Below are positions 1 through 8,371 of a DNA stretch of 64,000 nt, one piece after another. Numbering within the stretch: position 1 is the stretch's first letter; each line of letters opens with the position of its first letter. The position numbers were made by a program, and so were the translations under genes. Source of the stretch: Candidatus Magasanikiibacteriota bacterium (GTDB taxonomy: Bacteria; Patescibacteriota; Patescibacteriia; Magasanikbacterales; GWA2-37-8); NCBI GenBank assembly GCA_041666745.1, contig JBAYGI010000001.1:6447-70446 (forward strand), in the 5' to 3' direction. The notes beneath the pieces were generated by a model that was not told the DNA's origin, ran no database searches, and saw only the letters and a program-made list of their open reading frames with translations.

Positions 1-379
1 TTGGCCAAAATAATAGTTCATCAGCATCAATAAAAAATAGTGCTCCATCCTCAAGCTCCATTCCTTCTTTTTCAGTATTACTTTTGTACTTACACAAAAC
101 ACCAAACTCCTTTGATGTGCCCATGACAACAACTTTTTTGCCTTCTTGAATAAATCCCTTATTTTCTGAACCATGGCCAGTTTTACCTCGCGCTAGGTCC
201 ACCCATGGCAGACTTGTTTCATAGCCAAAATTTGCAGCCCCACCAAGACTAGGAATAGTAAACTCACTTCCTTTTGTTAACTCTTTTTGTTCTCTACTTT
301 TTTTAAATGAGTTAAAGTCAATAATGTTATCTTGGCCTTCAATTGGCTCTTTTGGGCCGCCTACAAATTTTTCTACCAT
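1..379 (-). CDS. Hypothetical protein of putative cassette 3, runs off the window start (MVEKFVGGPKEPIEGQDNIIDFNSFKK...)
   Basis: Hand translation from ATG at 379 is open to position 1. It is absent from the ORF track because the stop lies outside the window. Confidence 0.75.
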   Translation of the reverse strand, partial: MVEKFVGGPKEPIEGQDNIIDFNSFKKSREQKELTKGSEFTIPSLGGAANFGYETSLPWVDLARGKTGHGSENKGFIQEGKKVVVMGTSKEFGVLCKYKSNTEKEGMELEDGALFFIDADELLFWP

Positions 380-466
380 ATGTTTGATTTAGTTAAATTT
401 TATTTATCACTTTGTATTATGTGCGATTAAAAAATTAATAATAAAGGAGAATTTTGTAGCTATTTC

Positions 467-552
467 GCCGAATGCGCGGCGGTTATCCAACGTCGTCCCG
501 TAGCAAACCCGCAGGTTTGCGTAGGGGTGATGTTGGATAACCGCTGTTATGC
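467..552 (-). repeat. attC-like recombination site 2
   Basis: On the minus strand it starts GCATAAC (552-546) and ends ATTCGGC (473-467). The plus strand folds GGCGGTTATCCAAC (478-491) onto GTTGGATAACCGCT (532-545), with further G-T-containing pairing and a GCAAACC/GGTTTGC tip. Confidence 0.75.
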
Positions 553-579
553 GATGTCCGGAGCGAAGCGACGGATTTC

Positions 580-706
580 GCATAATGTATCGGCGTATGC
601 GAAGTTGCCGATTTTTCTCCTTAATCGTATCAGATATAGAGAAAATCGGCAATTTGGTCGAGCATTTGGCGTCAGCCAAGCGCGAACCACATACGCCGTG
701 TTATGC
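580..706 (-). repeat. attC-like recombination site 1
   Basis: On the minus strand it starts GCATAAC (706-700) and ends ATTATGC (586-580). Stems are CGGCGTATG/CATACGCCG (591-599/690-698) and TTGCCGATTTT/AAAATCGGCAA (605-615/642-652), plus a side branch at 656-688. Confidence 0.78.
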
Positions 707-781
707 GTTGTAGCGAAAAGCAACGACTGCCTGCGAAGGCGGCCGTTATATTTCTGGTAATTTATTGTTGCGCGCGTGGTC
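700..781. repeat. Left arm of long imperfect inverted repeat bracketing the cassette 1 ORF
   Basis: GTTATGCGttgTAGCGAAAAGC...ATATTTCTGGTAATTTATTgTTGCG(cgcg)TGGTC matches the reverse complement of 1308-1382. Confidence 0.9.
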
Positions 782-1263
782 TATTTTTGTTCTTGTTTAA
801 GAAGTATGTTTGTAACTTGTTCATGCCAGTCTGGCCCCATCACGGCACTTTCCAGCTGTTCCCTTTCTCTGTTTGCCATACTGAAGCTGAACGAAACCGA
901 CTCTACACTCAACATGACATCTAAAGCAGAAAGTTCAGTATTTCCGAATTCACGCAGAACACTGATGCCTTCCTTCTGAACACGTTGATTTAGAGATGCG
1001 ATTGCGTCTACTCCCCAGTCTGATTTTATGGCATCAGGCCATGTAGCGATTTTTTCTCGATTTTTTGGTTGATTAAATCCTGCTGAAGCCATAATGAGTG
1101 CTTTCTCTAACAGCGGTTTATACTGCCCATTTTTTTCAGCCATGTCAAGCAATTGATCAAGAGTATAGCGAGTGTTTTCTAAAGCTTCATGTCTCTCATT
1201 TTCAGATTTTCTCCTTGCCGTCTCTTCTGGAGAAGGCGGTTGATATCGTGGATAGTCTCCCAT
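781..1263 (-). CDS. Hypothetical protein (160 aa), cargo of cassette 1
   Basis: ORF with an AT-rich start context and no recognisable motif, lying between the attI-like and attC-like sites. Confidence 0.8.
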   Translation of the reverse strand: MGDYPRYQPPSPEETARRKSENERHEALENTRYTLDQLLDMAEKNGQYKPLLEKALIMASAGFNQPKNREKIATWPDAIKSDWGVDAIASLNQRVQKEGISVLREFGNTELSALDVMLSVESVSFSFSMANREREQLESAVMGPDWHEQVTNILLKQEQK

Positions 1264-1307
1264 ATTTTTGTTAGTTAAAAATTATTTATAATTATTTTTG
1301 TTACGTC

Positions 1308-1382
1308 GACCACGCAATAATAAATTACCAGAAATATCAAAAATTTTCAAGAAATTTTTGGCTTTTCGCTATTACGCATAAC
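1308..1382. repeat. Right arm of the inverted repeat; contains a putative cassette promoter on the minus strand
   Basis: Reverse complement of 700-781. The minus strand reads TTGAAA-17 bp-TAATTT with TG just upstream of the -10. Confidence 0.85.
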
Positions 1383-1400
1383 TACTGATAAACCAACCTG
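1375..1400 (-). promoter_or_regulatory. attI-like site (GGTTTATCAGTA-GTTATGCG), predicted crossover G|TT at 1382/1381
   Basis: A GTT core lies just upstream of the divergent integrase, exactly where complementarity with the cassette 3' end stops. Confidence 0.6.
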
Positions 1401-1460
1401 TTGTTTTTTTGGCTAAAAAATGATAAAATAATTTGGTAAATTTTAATTCATAAAGGGGGT

Positions 1461-2303
1461 ATGAACCAAAATATTTATTTTCCAAGTCAGGATCCGATTT
1501 TGAAATTAAGGCAAGAAATGAAATTGCGGAATTTTAGCCAAAAAACAGTAAAAAGTTACATCTATTATATCTCTCATTGCCTAAAATGGTCAAGGAAAAG
1601 CCCGCGAGATATTAACACGGCGGATATTCGTCAATATTTGGAACATTTGGCGGATACCGGTGTGTCGGCTTCTACATTGAATTCTGCCTATAGCGCTTTG
1701 AAATTCTATTTTGGCGCTATTTTGCATCGTAATTTTTTCGTAAATATTCCGCGCGCTAAAAAAGACAAACAATTGCCAACGATTTTGTCAAAAGGTGAAG
1801 TAGTCAAAATGATAGAATTGACGAAAAATATTAAACATAATTGTGTATTGAAATTGCTGTATGGAACTGGGTTGCGAGTGGGTGAATTGGTGCGATTAAA
1901 GATGAAAGAGATAGATTTTGCGCGCGGGCTGATAAATGTTCGTAATGGTAAGGGAGCAAAAGACAGGTGTACGGTTTTGCCAAAAAGTTTGGTGGAAATT
2001 TTGGAAAATCAGGCGAGAATTAAAAAAACTGACGCTTTTTTATTTACCAATGGCCGTGGTGGGCGACTGACCGAGGCGACAATGCAAAAAGTCGTGGCTC
2101 AGGCGGCACAACGGGCGGGGATTAGTAAAAATGTTTCACCGCATACATTGCGCCATAGCTTTGCCACCCATCTACTTGAAAATGGGACGGATATAAGGTA
2201 TATTCAAGAGTTGTTGGGGCATGCGAAGTTGGCGACAACGCAGATTTATACGCATGTGGCCAATAGTAATTTACAGGGGATTAAAAGTCCGTTGGACGTA
2301 TGA
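1461..2303 (+). CDS. Integron-integrase-like tyrosine recombinase lacking the IntI I2 insertion
   Basis: N-terminal 'LRNFSQKTVKSY' SAM-like domain; catalytic motifs YGTGLR, GKGAKDR, HTLRHSFATHLL and LLGH..TTQIYTH; IntI-type C-terminus 'IKSPLD'. Confidence 0.9.
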   Translation: MNQNIYFPSQDPILKLRQEMKLRNFSQKTVKSYIYYISHCLKWSRKSPRDINTADIRQYLEHLADTGVSASTLNSAYSALKFYFGAILHRNFFVNIPRAKKDKQLPTILSKGEVVKMIELTKNIKHNCVLKLLYGTGLRVGELVRLKMKEIDFARGLINVRNGKGAKDRCTVLPKSLVEILENQARIKKTDAFLFTNGRGGRLTEATMQKVVAQAAQRAGISKNVSPHTLRHSFATHLLENGTDIRYIQELLGHAKLATTQIYTHVANSNLQGIKSPLDV

Positions 2304-3619
2304 ATACAAAAATTGCTCAACAATTAAAAAATTTGCCTGATGCGCCTGGGGTGTATCTGTTTTTTAATTCCAAAAAGGAGCTGATATATGTCGGCAAGGC
2401 GTCGTCTTTGAAAAACCGCGTGAGAGGATATTTTAAGGAGCTGGATTCCCGCCTGCGCGGGAATGACAAGAGTGGATTGTCACGTCCGATAGAGGAAATG
2501 ATTCACGAAGTGATGAACTTCAAAACGGAAGAAACCGATTCGGCTTTGGAGGCGGCGATTTTGGAAGGGAAGTATATTAAGGAAAATAGGCCGAAATATA
2601 ATATTGATTGGCGGGATGATAAGAGTTGGAATTATATTGTTATTACAAAGGATAAGTTTCCACGAGTTTTGACTATTCGTCAACATGAGTTAAAAAATGG
2701 AGGAGGGATTCCTCCGCTCGCTACGCTCGGTCGGAATGACAAACGACTTCGCGGGAATGACAAATATAAGTATGTGTTTGGGCCGTATCCGGGGTTGAAC
2801 ACCAAAGAAGCCTTGCGTTTATTGCGTAAAATTTTTCTTTTTTCTACTTGTGAACCAAATGCCAAGCGTCCGTGTTTTTCTTATCAGATCGGTCAATGTT
2901 TGGGAGTGTGTACGGGAGAAATTTCACCCAAAGATTATTCGGCAAAAGTAATTCGACCACTTTGTTTATTTTTGGGTGGAAAGAAAAAAATATTAATGAA
3001 GAAAACAGAAAAAGAAATGAACATGGCCGCTAAATTGGAAAATTTTGAAGAGGCGAGCAGATTGAGAAACCAACTTCGTCATTTGCAAAAAATTCAAGAC
3101 GTGGCTTTATTGAATGATAGTTTTTTGAGAGATATTACGAAAAGGAATTCCTTGGCCGGTCGGAATGACATGAGGATCGAGGGTTATGATATCTCCAATC
3201 TAGGTAGTAGCAATAAAGTGGGTAGTATGGTAGTATTTGATGAGGTTGGGCCGGTAAAAAATCAATATCGTAAATTCAAAATCAAGACAGTGGTGGGGCA
3301 GAGTGATGTGGATTGTTTGGCGGAAGTGTTGGAGCGTCGGATAAAACATGCCGAATGGATATTGCCAAATATTTTTTTAATTGACGGTGGTTTGCCTCAA
3401 GTAAATAAAACTAAATCGGTTTTGCGAAGGGCTGGGATAAATACACCGATAGTCGGCATTGCCAAAGGGGCAAAGCGTAAACGCAATGATTTTTTTGTAG
3501 TAACTGAATCTTTGGAGATAAAAAACTGGATAAAAGAAAATAAAGAGCTGTTGATCAGAGTCCGCGACGAAGCGCATCGATTTGCTATCAAGTTTAATCG
3601 AGTACAGAGAAAAATATGA
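2300..3619 (+). CDS. uvrC: Excinuclease UvrC (short form: GIY-YIG, UVR and RNase H-like domains, no HhH tail)
   Basis: Motifs PDAPGVYLF..IYVGKA..LKNRV, FEEASRLRNQ, RIEGYDISN, IDGG and RDEAHRFA. Confidence 0.9.
   Translation: MNTKIAQQLKNLPDAPGVYLFFNSKKELIYVGKASSLKNRVRGYFKELDSRLRGNDKSGLSRPIEEMIHEVMNFKTEETDSALEAAILEGKYIKENRPKYNIDWRDDKSWNYIVITKDKFPRVLTIRQHELKNGGGIPPLATLGRNDKRLRGNDKYKYVFGPYPGLNTKEALRLLRKIFLFSTCEPNAKRPCFSYQIGQCLGVCTGEISPKDYSAKVIRPLCLFLGGKKKILMKKTEKEMNMAAKLENFEEASRLRNQLRHLQKIQDVALLNDSFLRDITKRNSLAGRNDMRIEGYDISNLGSSNKVGSMVVFDEVGPVKNQYRKFKIKTVVGQSDVDCLAEVLERRIKHAEWILPNIFLIDGGLPQVNKTKSVLRRAGINTPIVGIAKGAKRKRNDFFVVTESLEIKNWIKENKELLIRVRDEAHRFAIKFNRVQRKI
2441..2469. repeat. Family A palindromic repeat (dRS3-like), in-frame in uvrC
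   Basis: CTGGATTCCCGCCTGCGCGGGAATGACAA encodes LDSRLRGNDK. Confidence 0.85.
2705..2764. repeat. Family A repeat plus partial second copy, in-frame in uvrC
   Basis: GGGATTCCTCCGCTCGCTACGCTCGGTCGGAATGACAAA followed by CGACTTCGCGGGAATGACAAA. Confidence 0.85.
3144..3170. repeat. Degenerate family A repeat, in-frame in uvrC
   Basis: GAATTCCTTGGCCGGTCGGAATGACA encodes NSLAGRND. Confidence 0.65.
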
Positions 3620-3666
3620 AATTAACCCAAAAGATGGGTAAATAAGCGCTAAATAGGGGGGTAGGC

Positions 3667-3695
3667 TTGACATTTTTTCATTTTTTGTTTATTAT
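3667..3695 (+). promoter_or_regulatory. Sigma70-type promoter
   Basis: TTGACA-17 bp-TATTAT, 10 bp upstream of ATG 3706. Confidence 0.65.
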
Positions 3696-3705
3696 ATTGC
3701 TGTTT

Positions 3706-4026
3706 ATGTTAGCCAAAAATAATCGAGGCGAATCTTGGTTGGAAGCATTAAAATTCATTGGTCATTGTCCGATTTGCAATCAGCGTTATGAAGAAAATCA
3801 GGCCAAGCTTTTTGCCAAACATGATTCAGCCAATTTGATTCATATTACTTGTGGCAAATGCGCCGGTAATTTTATTGCCATGATAGTGATGATGGGGCAA
3901 GGATTGAGTTCGGTTGGTATGGTGACAGATCTGACGTTTGAGGATGCTAAACAACTTTATAAAACAGCGCCACTGACAGTAGATGAAGTTATCAGTGGTT
4001 ATCAATTTTTTCAAAAAAATTATTAA
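3706..4026 (+). CDS. Hypothetical protein with zinc-ribbon-like CxxC..CxxC
   Basis: CPIC and CGKC motifs. ATG 3706 is preferred because the track start overlaps the -35 box. Confidence 0.75.
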   Translation: MLAKNNRGESWLEALKFIGHCPICNQRYEENQAKLFAKHDSANLIHITCGKCAGNFIAMIVMMGQGLSSVGMVTDLTFEDAKQLYKTAPLTVDEVISGYQFFQKNY

Positions 4027-4048
4027 TAATAAATTAAATTTGTAAGAT

Positions 4049-4759
4049 ATGACATATTTGTTGCAAGCGGTGACCCGCACTATCAAAGGAGCAGACTCTC
4101 GTGAACAGGGGAAATTACCGGCCGTGACTTACGGAGCGGGAAATGAAACTATTTCCTTGGATTTGAATTATGCTGATTTCCTCAAACTCTACAAACAAGC
4201 TGGTGATTCCAGTTTGATTGATTTGGAAATTGACGGAAAAAATGTTGGAAAAGTATTGGTGCACGAAGTACAATATAATCCGGTAAAAGATACTCCAACT
4301 CATGTGGATTTGCGTCGTATTGATATGAACAAAGTAATGCAAGCTCCAGTGGTGTTGCATTTCATTGGCGAAGCTCCAGCAGTAAAATCTATGGGTGGTA
4401 CTTTGGTACAAAACATCTCTCAGGTTACTGTAGAATGTTTGCCAAAAGATTTGGTATCCGCTCTTGAAATTGATTTATCTATTTTGAAGTCTTTTGAAGA
4501 AGTGGTCAAAGTGAAAGATTTGGTTTTACCAGCCGGTTTGAAAATCGTGGCTCCTCAAGGCGATGTGTTGGTGACCAAAGTTGTCGCCTCAATGACTGAA
4601 GAAGAAATCAAAGCCATGGAAGAAGCTGGCAAAAATATGGATGTCAGTAAGATCGAATCTGCTGCCAAGAAGAAAGAAGAAGAGGCAGTGGAGGGTGAAG
4701 CTCCAGCCGCTGGCGCTGAAAAGAAGGTTGAAGAAAAGAAACCAGCTGAAAAGAAATAA
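4049..4759 (+). CDS. rplY: 50S ribosomal protein L25 (CTC-type, long)
   Basis: Motifs GKLPAVTYG, VQYNPVKD..HVDL and GEAPAVKSMGG. Confidence 0.92.
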   Translation: MTYLLQAVTRTIKGADSREQGKLPAVTYGAGNETISLDLNYADFLKLYKQAGDSSLIDLEIDGKNVGKVLVHEVQYNPVKDTPTHVDLRRIDMNKVMQAPVVLHFIGEAPAVKSMGGTLVQNISQVTVECLPKDLVSALEIDLSILKSFEEVVKVKDLVLPAGLKIVAPQGDVLVTKVVASMTEEEIKAMEEAGKNMDVSKIESAAKKKEEEAVEGEAPAAGAEKKVEEKKPAEKK

Positions 4760-4771
4760 TACAAAATTACG

Positions 4772-4802
4772 AACACCCTTCTTTTTGGAGGGTGTTTTTT
4801 TT
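4772..4802 (+). terminator. Intrinsic terminator
   Basis: AACACCCT/AGGGTGTT stem followed by a T run. Confidence 0.75.
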
Positions 4803-4855
4803 GCTTTTTTATGATTAATTTGTTAATATTTAGAGGTTAGTTTAAAAAAATATTT

Positions 4856-6406
4856 ATGACCGATTTCTTAGATCCAAATTCAGCAGATGCGGCAAAATTT
4901 AGAGCGACAAAAGATGTTGAAACTAAAACGATAGCTAATGAATTGCCGTTTGATCAAGTAAAAGCAGAAGTGGCTGGCTATAAAGGTGATGGTTTTGAAG
5001 CAGTAGAAAAAGTTGAAGATGTTGGTTTGGTGGAATATTTACAACGCCTCAAGGCCGATCGCGGTCGTTATTTAGGTAATATTGTCCACCAAGGAGTGCG
5101 TGATCATTATGGAATGTCAGAGCACAGTGGGGGTTTGGGTCTCTATGAAAAAGAGTTAGAGAGAATAGTGGAAAGTGGTGCGCTGATCAGTACGGTTTTA
5201 AAAGATTTACAAAATGAGGAAAAATTAAAAATGGCAGTGGCTGAAATTCGTCAACATGCGTCCGAAGGATTATCTTTGGAAGCTTCGGTAGAAAAATATT
5301 TACATTCAGAATTTGAAGCTGGTCGTTATGATTATCAAGGAGTTGTGGATCAGGTCGCGATTCACGTCAGCAGTAATTATATTATCAACGCTCATTATGG
5401 AGCGGAGACCGGCAATGAAAGCTGTGTGGTTTTCCCCGAGCAGGTCGCTTTAAAAAACAGAATATTTTATGGTCGGGCGATTGTTTCTTCTGATGTTGAA
5501 ACAAAATATAACGATGTTTATTTGTGGCCAAAACAGGAAAAAGAAAATCGTTTGGATATCAATGGTGCTTTATTGTTTTTATCGAGAGATAACCAAGTGG
5601 GTAAAGAAACAGGTTCTATTTATGAAGTTAAAGGCGGTCAAGCTGTTTTAGATTATGAAAAAATGGATAAATTATCAGTTGATACTAAGGCGATACAACT
5701 TAATAAAAATTTAAATTGGTTTTTATCTCGCTGTGATTATCTAAAAATTAAAGATCAAATATTATCTGAAATAGGCGAACAAGATAGAACTTTTTTAGCC
5801 GATTTATTAAAAAAATTATTAGAAACGGAGCGTGTTAGTGAAATTGGCATGGCATTTATGGCCATTTTGGATCCGGAACAATTCAAGAAAGAATTTTTGT
5901 CGGTTGAAGAAGATCGAATGCGTGGTTTTGGTGTTGATGTTGAGCGTCTAAGAAAAATTTTAGATAATGATAGTACACGTTTGGCTGTAAAAGATTTTTT
6001 TGAGAGGTATAGCGATTTATATACTAGTTTAGCTAATAGCGGTAAAGGTCTGTTTTATAAAACCGCAGAACAGCCAGTATTATCTAAAAATTATTATGAT
6101 AATTTTATCCGTCAGCGATTGGACGGTGTGCAGATGACTACCGTTAAGAGTGATAAACAAGATATTGTGGAATATCGCGGGGTGAATAAAGAAGGACAGA
6201 AGGAAGTTTTGCGGGTAGTGTATTACAGAGCTCACGATCCAAATGAGGCAATTCAAGAATTTTATGATGATTTTGAGGTTGATTTTGATAAAACAATATT
6301 AGGGGAAGGTGGAAAAGGGAGTACCAGTTTTACAGAGGTGGACTTTCGTTATGATTACAATCGTTTAAAACAAAAGTTGGTTGAGATGGCTCAAACTTCA
6401 AAATAA
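4856..6406 (+). CDS. Hypothetical protein (516 aa)
   Basis: Long ORF with no family recognised. Confidence 0.8.
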   Translation: MTDFLDPNSADAAKFRATKDVETKTIANELPFDQVKAEVAGYKGDGFEAVEKVEDVGLVEYLQRLKADRGRYLGNIVHQGVRDHYGMSEHSGGLGLYEKELERIVESGALISTVLKDLQNEEKLKMAVAEIRQHASEGLSLEASVEKYLHSEFEAGRYDYQGVVDQVAIHVSSNYIINAHYGAETGNESCVVFPEQVALKNRIFYGRAIVSSDVETKYNDVYLWPKQEKENRLDINGALLFLSRDNQVGKETGSIYEVKGGQAVLDYEKMDKLSVDTKAIQLNKNLNWFLSRCDYLKIKDQILSEIGEQDRTFLADLLKKLLETERVSEIGMAFMAILDPEQFKKEFLSVEEDRMRGFGVDVERLRKILDNDSTRLAVKDFFERYSDLYTSLANSGKGLFYKTAEQPVLSKNYYDNFIRQRLDGVQMTTVKSDKQDIVEYRGVNKEGQKEVLRVVYYRAHDPNEAIQEFYDDFEVDFDKTILGEGGKGSTSFTEVDFRYDYNRLKQKLVEMAQTSK

Positions 6407-6408
6407 AT

Positions 6409-7437
6409 ATGATAAATAAAATAGTTAATAATAAAAAGTTTTTTAATATTTTTTTAGTGGTATTTGTAGTGATTGTTTTATTGGCCGTGTCGTATTTTAT
6501 TTGGCAAAGTTTTGATCATAAAATTTCTTGGAAAAAATTTGTCACACCTCCAGTTGTTTTTTATAGTTCGTTGGATGGTTTGCCGGTTAGTAGTACTCAA
6601 AAGGTCAGTTCGACCGTGGTTGGTATTATGATTGACAATCACCCATACGCTCGTCCACAAAGCGGGTTGTTGTCTGCCAAAATAGTTTATGAGGCGCTGG
6701 TGGAGGGTGGTATCACTCGGTATTTTGCTATTTTTGATAGCGAACAAAATGTAGAAAAAGTTGGTCCGGTACGTAGTGCTCGGTCATATTTTATTGATTG
6801 GTTGCAAGAATATGGTGGGTTATACATGCATTGCGGTGGGTCACCAGAGGCATTGGATAGATTGAGAAAAGAAAGTATTTTTGATCTCAACGAAATGTTT
6901 CGTGGTGCTTATTTTTGGCGTGATGACAATAAATTTGCTCCACACAACCTGTTTACTAATAGTGAAAATTGGAATAAGGCGCTGTTGGCATTTCCTGAAG
7001 ATAAAAATATTTTTAATAACACGTGGCAGTTTGGCGAATTGTCATCCAGTAGTTTGGAAATGGTAAAAAATATTTCCATCGAATATTCATCGGATTATGC
7101 GGTGGGGTGGCAATATGATGAAAATCTGAAAAACTATGGTCGGTATATAAATGGTGCGGTAGAGCAGGAGAACCAAATAAATCTGACAGCTGACAGTGTT
7201 GTGATTCAATATGTGAAATCACGAGTCATTGATGATTATGGTCGGCGAGAAATCACCACCGATGGACAGGGCGATCTGCGGTTGTTGCGAGATGGTGTAA
7301 TGGCGCGAGGTATTTGGAAAAAAGAAAATGGACGAACTAGGTTTTATGATAATGCCGGGCAAGAGTTGAACTTGAAGGCTGGCAAAATTTGGGTACAGGT
7401 GGTGCCGTTGGACACGGAAATAAAAATCACCGCTTAA
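6409..7437 (+). CDS. DUF3048-family membrane-anchored protein
   Basis: N-terminal TM helix; motifs MIDNHPYARPQSGL, VEGGITR, GPVRSAR and APHNL. Confidence 0.85.
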   Translation: MINKIVNNKKFFNIFLVVFVVIVLLAVSYFIWQSFDHKISWKKFVTPPVVFYSSLDGLPVSSTQKVSSTVVGIMIDNHPYARPQSGLLSAKIVYEALVEGGITRYFAIFDSEQNVEKVGPVRSARSYFIDWLQEYGGLYMHCGGSPEALDRLRKESIFDLNEMFRGAYFWRDDNKFAPHNLFTNSENWNKALLAFPEDKNIFNNTWQFGELSSSSLEMVKNISIEYSSDYAVGWQYDENLKNYGRYINGAVEQENQINLTADSVVIQYVKSRVIDDYGRREITTDGQGDLRLLRDGVMARGIWKKENGRTRFYDNAGQELNLKAGKIWVQVVPLDTEIKITA

Positions 7438-7443
7438 ACAAAA

Positions 7444-7505
7444 TTGTCATCCCGACCGAGTTTCGCAACGAGCGGAGGGATCCCTCGGTTTCACTCGGGA
7501 TGACA
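7444..7505. repeat. Family A composite palindrome between convergent genes (possible bidirectional terminator)
   Basis: TGTCATCCCGACCGAG...CGAGCGGAGGGATCCCTCGG...CTCGGGATGACA. Confidence 0.8.
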
Positions 7506-7513
7506 GCGCGGTA

Positions 7514-8371
7514 TTAGGTGGATATTTTTAGTATTCGATCTAGACCGGCGAGGTCTTTTTTTATTTCTGTTGTACTTTGTGGTAAATAATGTTTGGCCAG
7601 TTGTTTTATTTGCTCACTTTGATTTGGGTCGATTTCCAAAAAAATCAAGAGTTTTTTGTTGGAAAACAGGCTGGAGATTTGTTTTAGGAGTTGGCGGTAT
7701 AGGGCTAGTCCATTTTCTTTGGCCACCAATGCAATCCTCGGTTCTTTTTGGATTGAAGGCTCTGTTTTGATCTGTGCAACTGTCAGATAAGGGAGGTTGG
7801 CGGTGATTATTATTTGGTCAAATGATGAATGATCGAGATTAAGTATTTTTGTTAGTAAATTACTTTTTAAAAGTTCCAAATTTTTATTGTCATTCCCGTG
7901 AAAACGGGAATCCAGAATCTTTATAATATTTTTTTTAGCTATTTTTAATGCTTGATTGGAAATATCCAAAGCAATAGTCCGGCTAATATTTTTGCTGTTT
8001 TTTAAAATGGAAATTGGAATACAACCACTGCCGGTGCCGACATCAATCAGCAATATTTTTTTTGACGAATCTTTTATTTCATTTAATACATTTTCTACCA
8101 TCAATTCGGTTTCCGGACGGGGGATCAAAACGTGTTTGTTTACCAAAAATTCTAAACCAAAAAATTCTTTTTGTCCGGTGATTGAGGCTACCGAATATCC
8201 TCGATTGAATAAAAATAAATAATAAATAAAACGCCAATATTGTGCCAAATCCAGTTGGTATTCCGGATGGGAGAGTACAAAAACCCGATCTTTGTGAATG
8301 GCTTGTGCCAACAATAATTCGGCTTCAATCGTCGAGTTTTTGAGAAGATTTTTTATGGTAAAATTAAACAT
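7514..8371 (-). CDS. prmC: Release factor glutamine methyltransferase
   Basis: Motifs [18 protein letters not shown] and ANLPY; directly follows prfA. Confidence 0.93.
   Translation of the reverse strand: MFNFTIKNLLKNSTIEAELLLAQAIHKDRVFVLSHPEYQLDLAQYWRFIYYLFLFNRGYSVASITGQKEFFGLEFLVNKHVLIPRPETELMVENVLNEIKDSSKKILLIDVGTGSGCIPISILKNSKNISRTIALDISNQALKIAKKNIIKILDSRFHGNDNKNLELLKSNLLTKILNLDHSSFDQIIITANLPYLTVAQIKTEPSIQKEPRIALVAKENGLALYRQLLKQISSLFSNKKLLIFLEIDPNQSEQIKQLAKHYLPQSTTEIKKDLAGLDRILKIST
7887..7915. repeat. Family A repeat, in-frame in prmC
   Basis: TTGTCATTCCCGTGAAAACGGGAATCCAG encodes [10 protein letters not shown] on the minus strand. Confidence 0.85.

Noticed and set aside
467-760. Possible structured ncRNA or riboswitch
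   Set aside because: Paired R-box-like ends, position between ORFs and the adjacent integrase explain it better as DNA recombination sites. An RNA role is not excluded.
407-979. Short ORFs 407-679, 527-760, 703-924 and 776-979
   Set aside because: They overlap the attC-like hairpins or are antisense to the cassette ORF, and are probably by-products of GC-rich palindromes.
1461-2303. Housekeeping XerC/XerD
   Set aside because: The IntI-type termini and adjacent attI/attC-like architecture argue against it, and I recognised no dif-like site.
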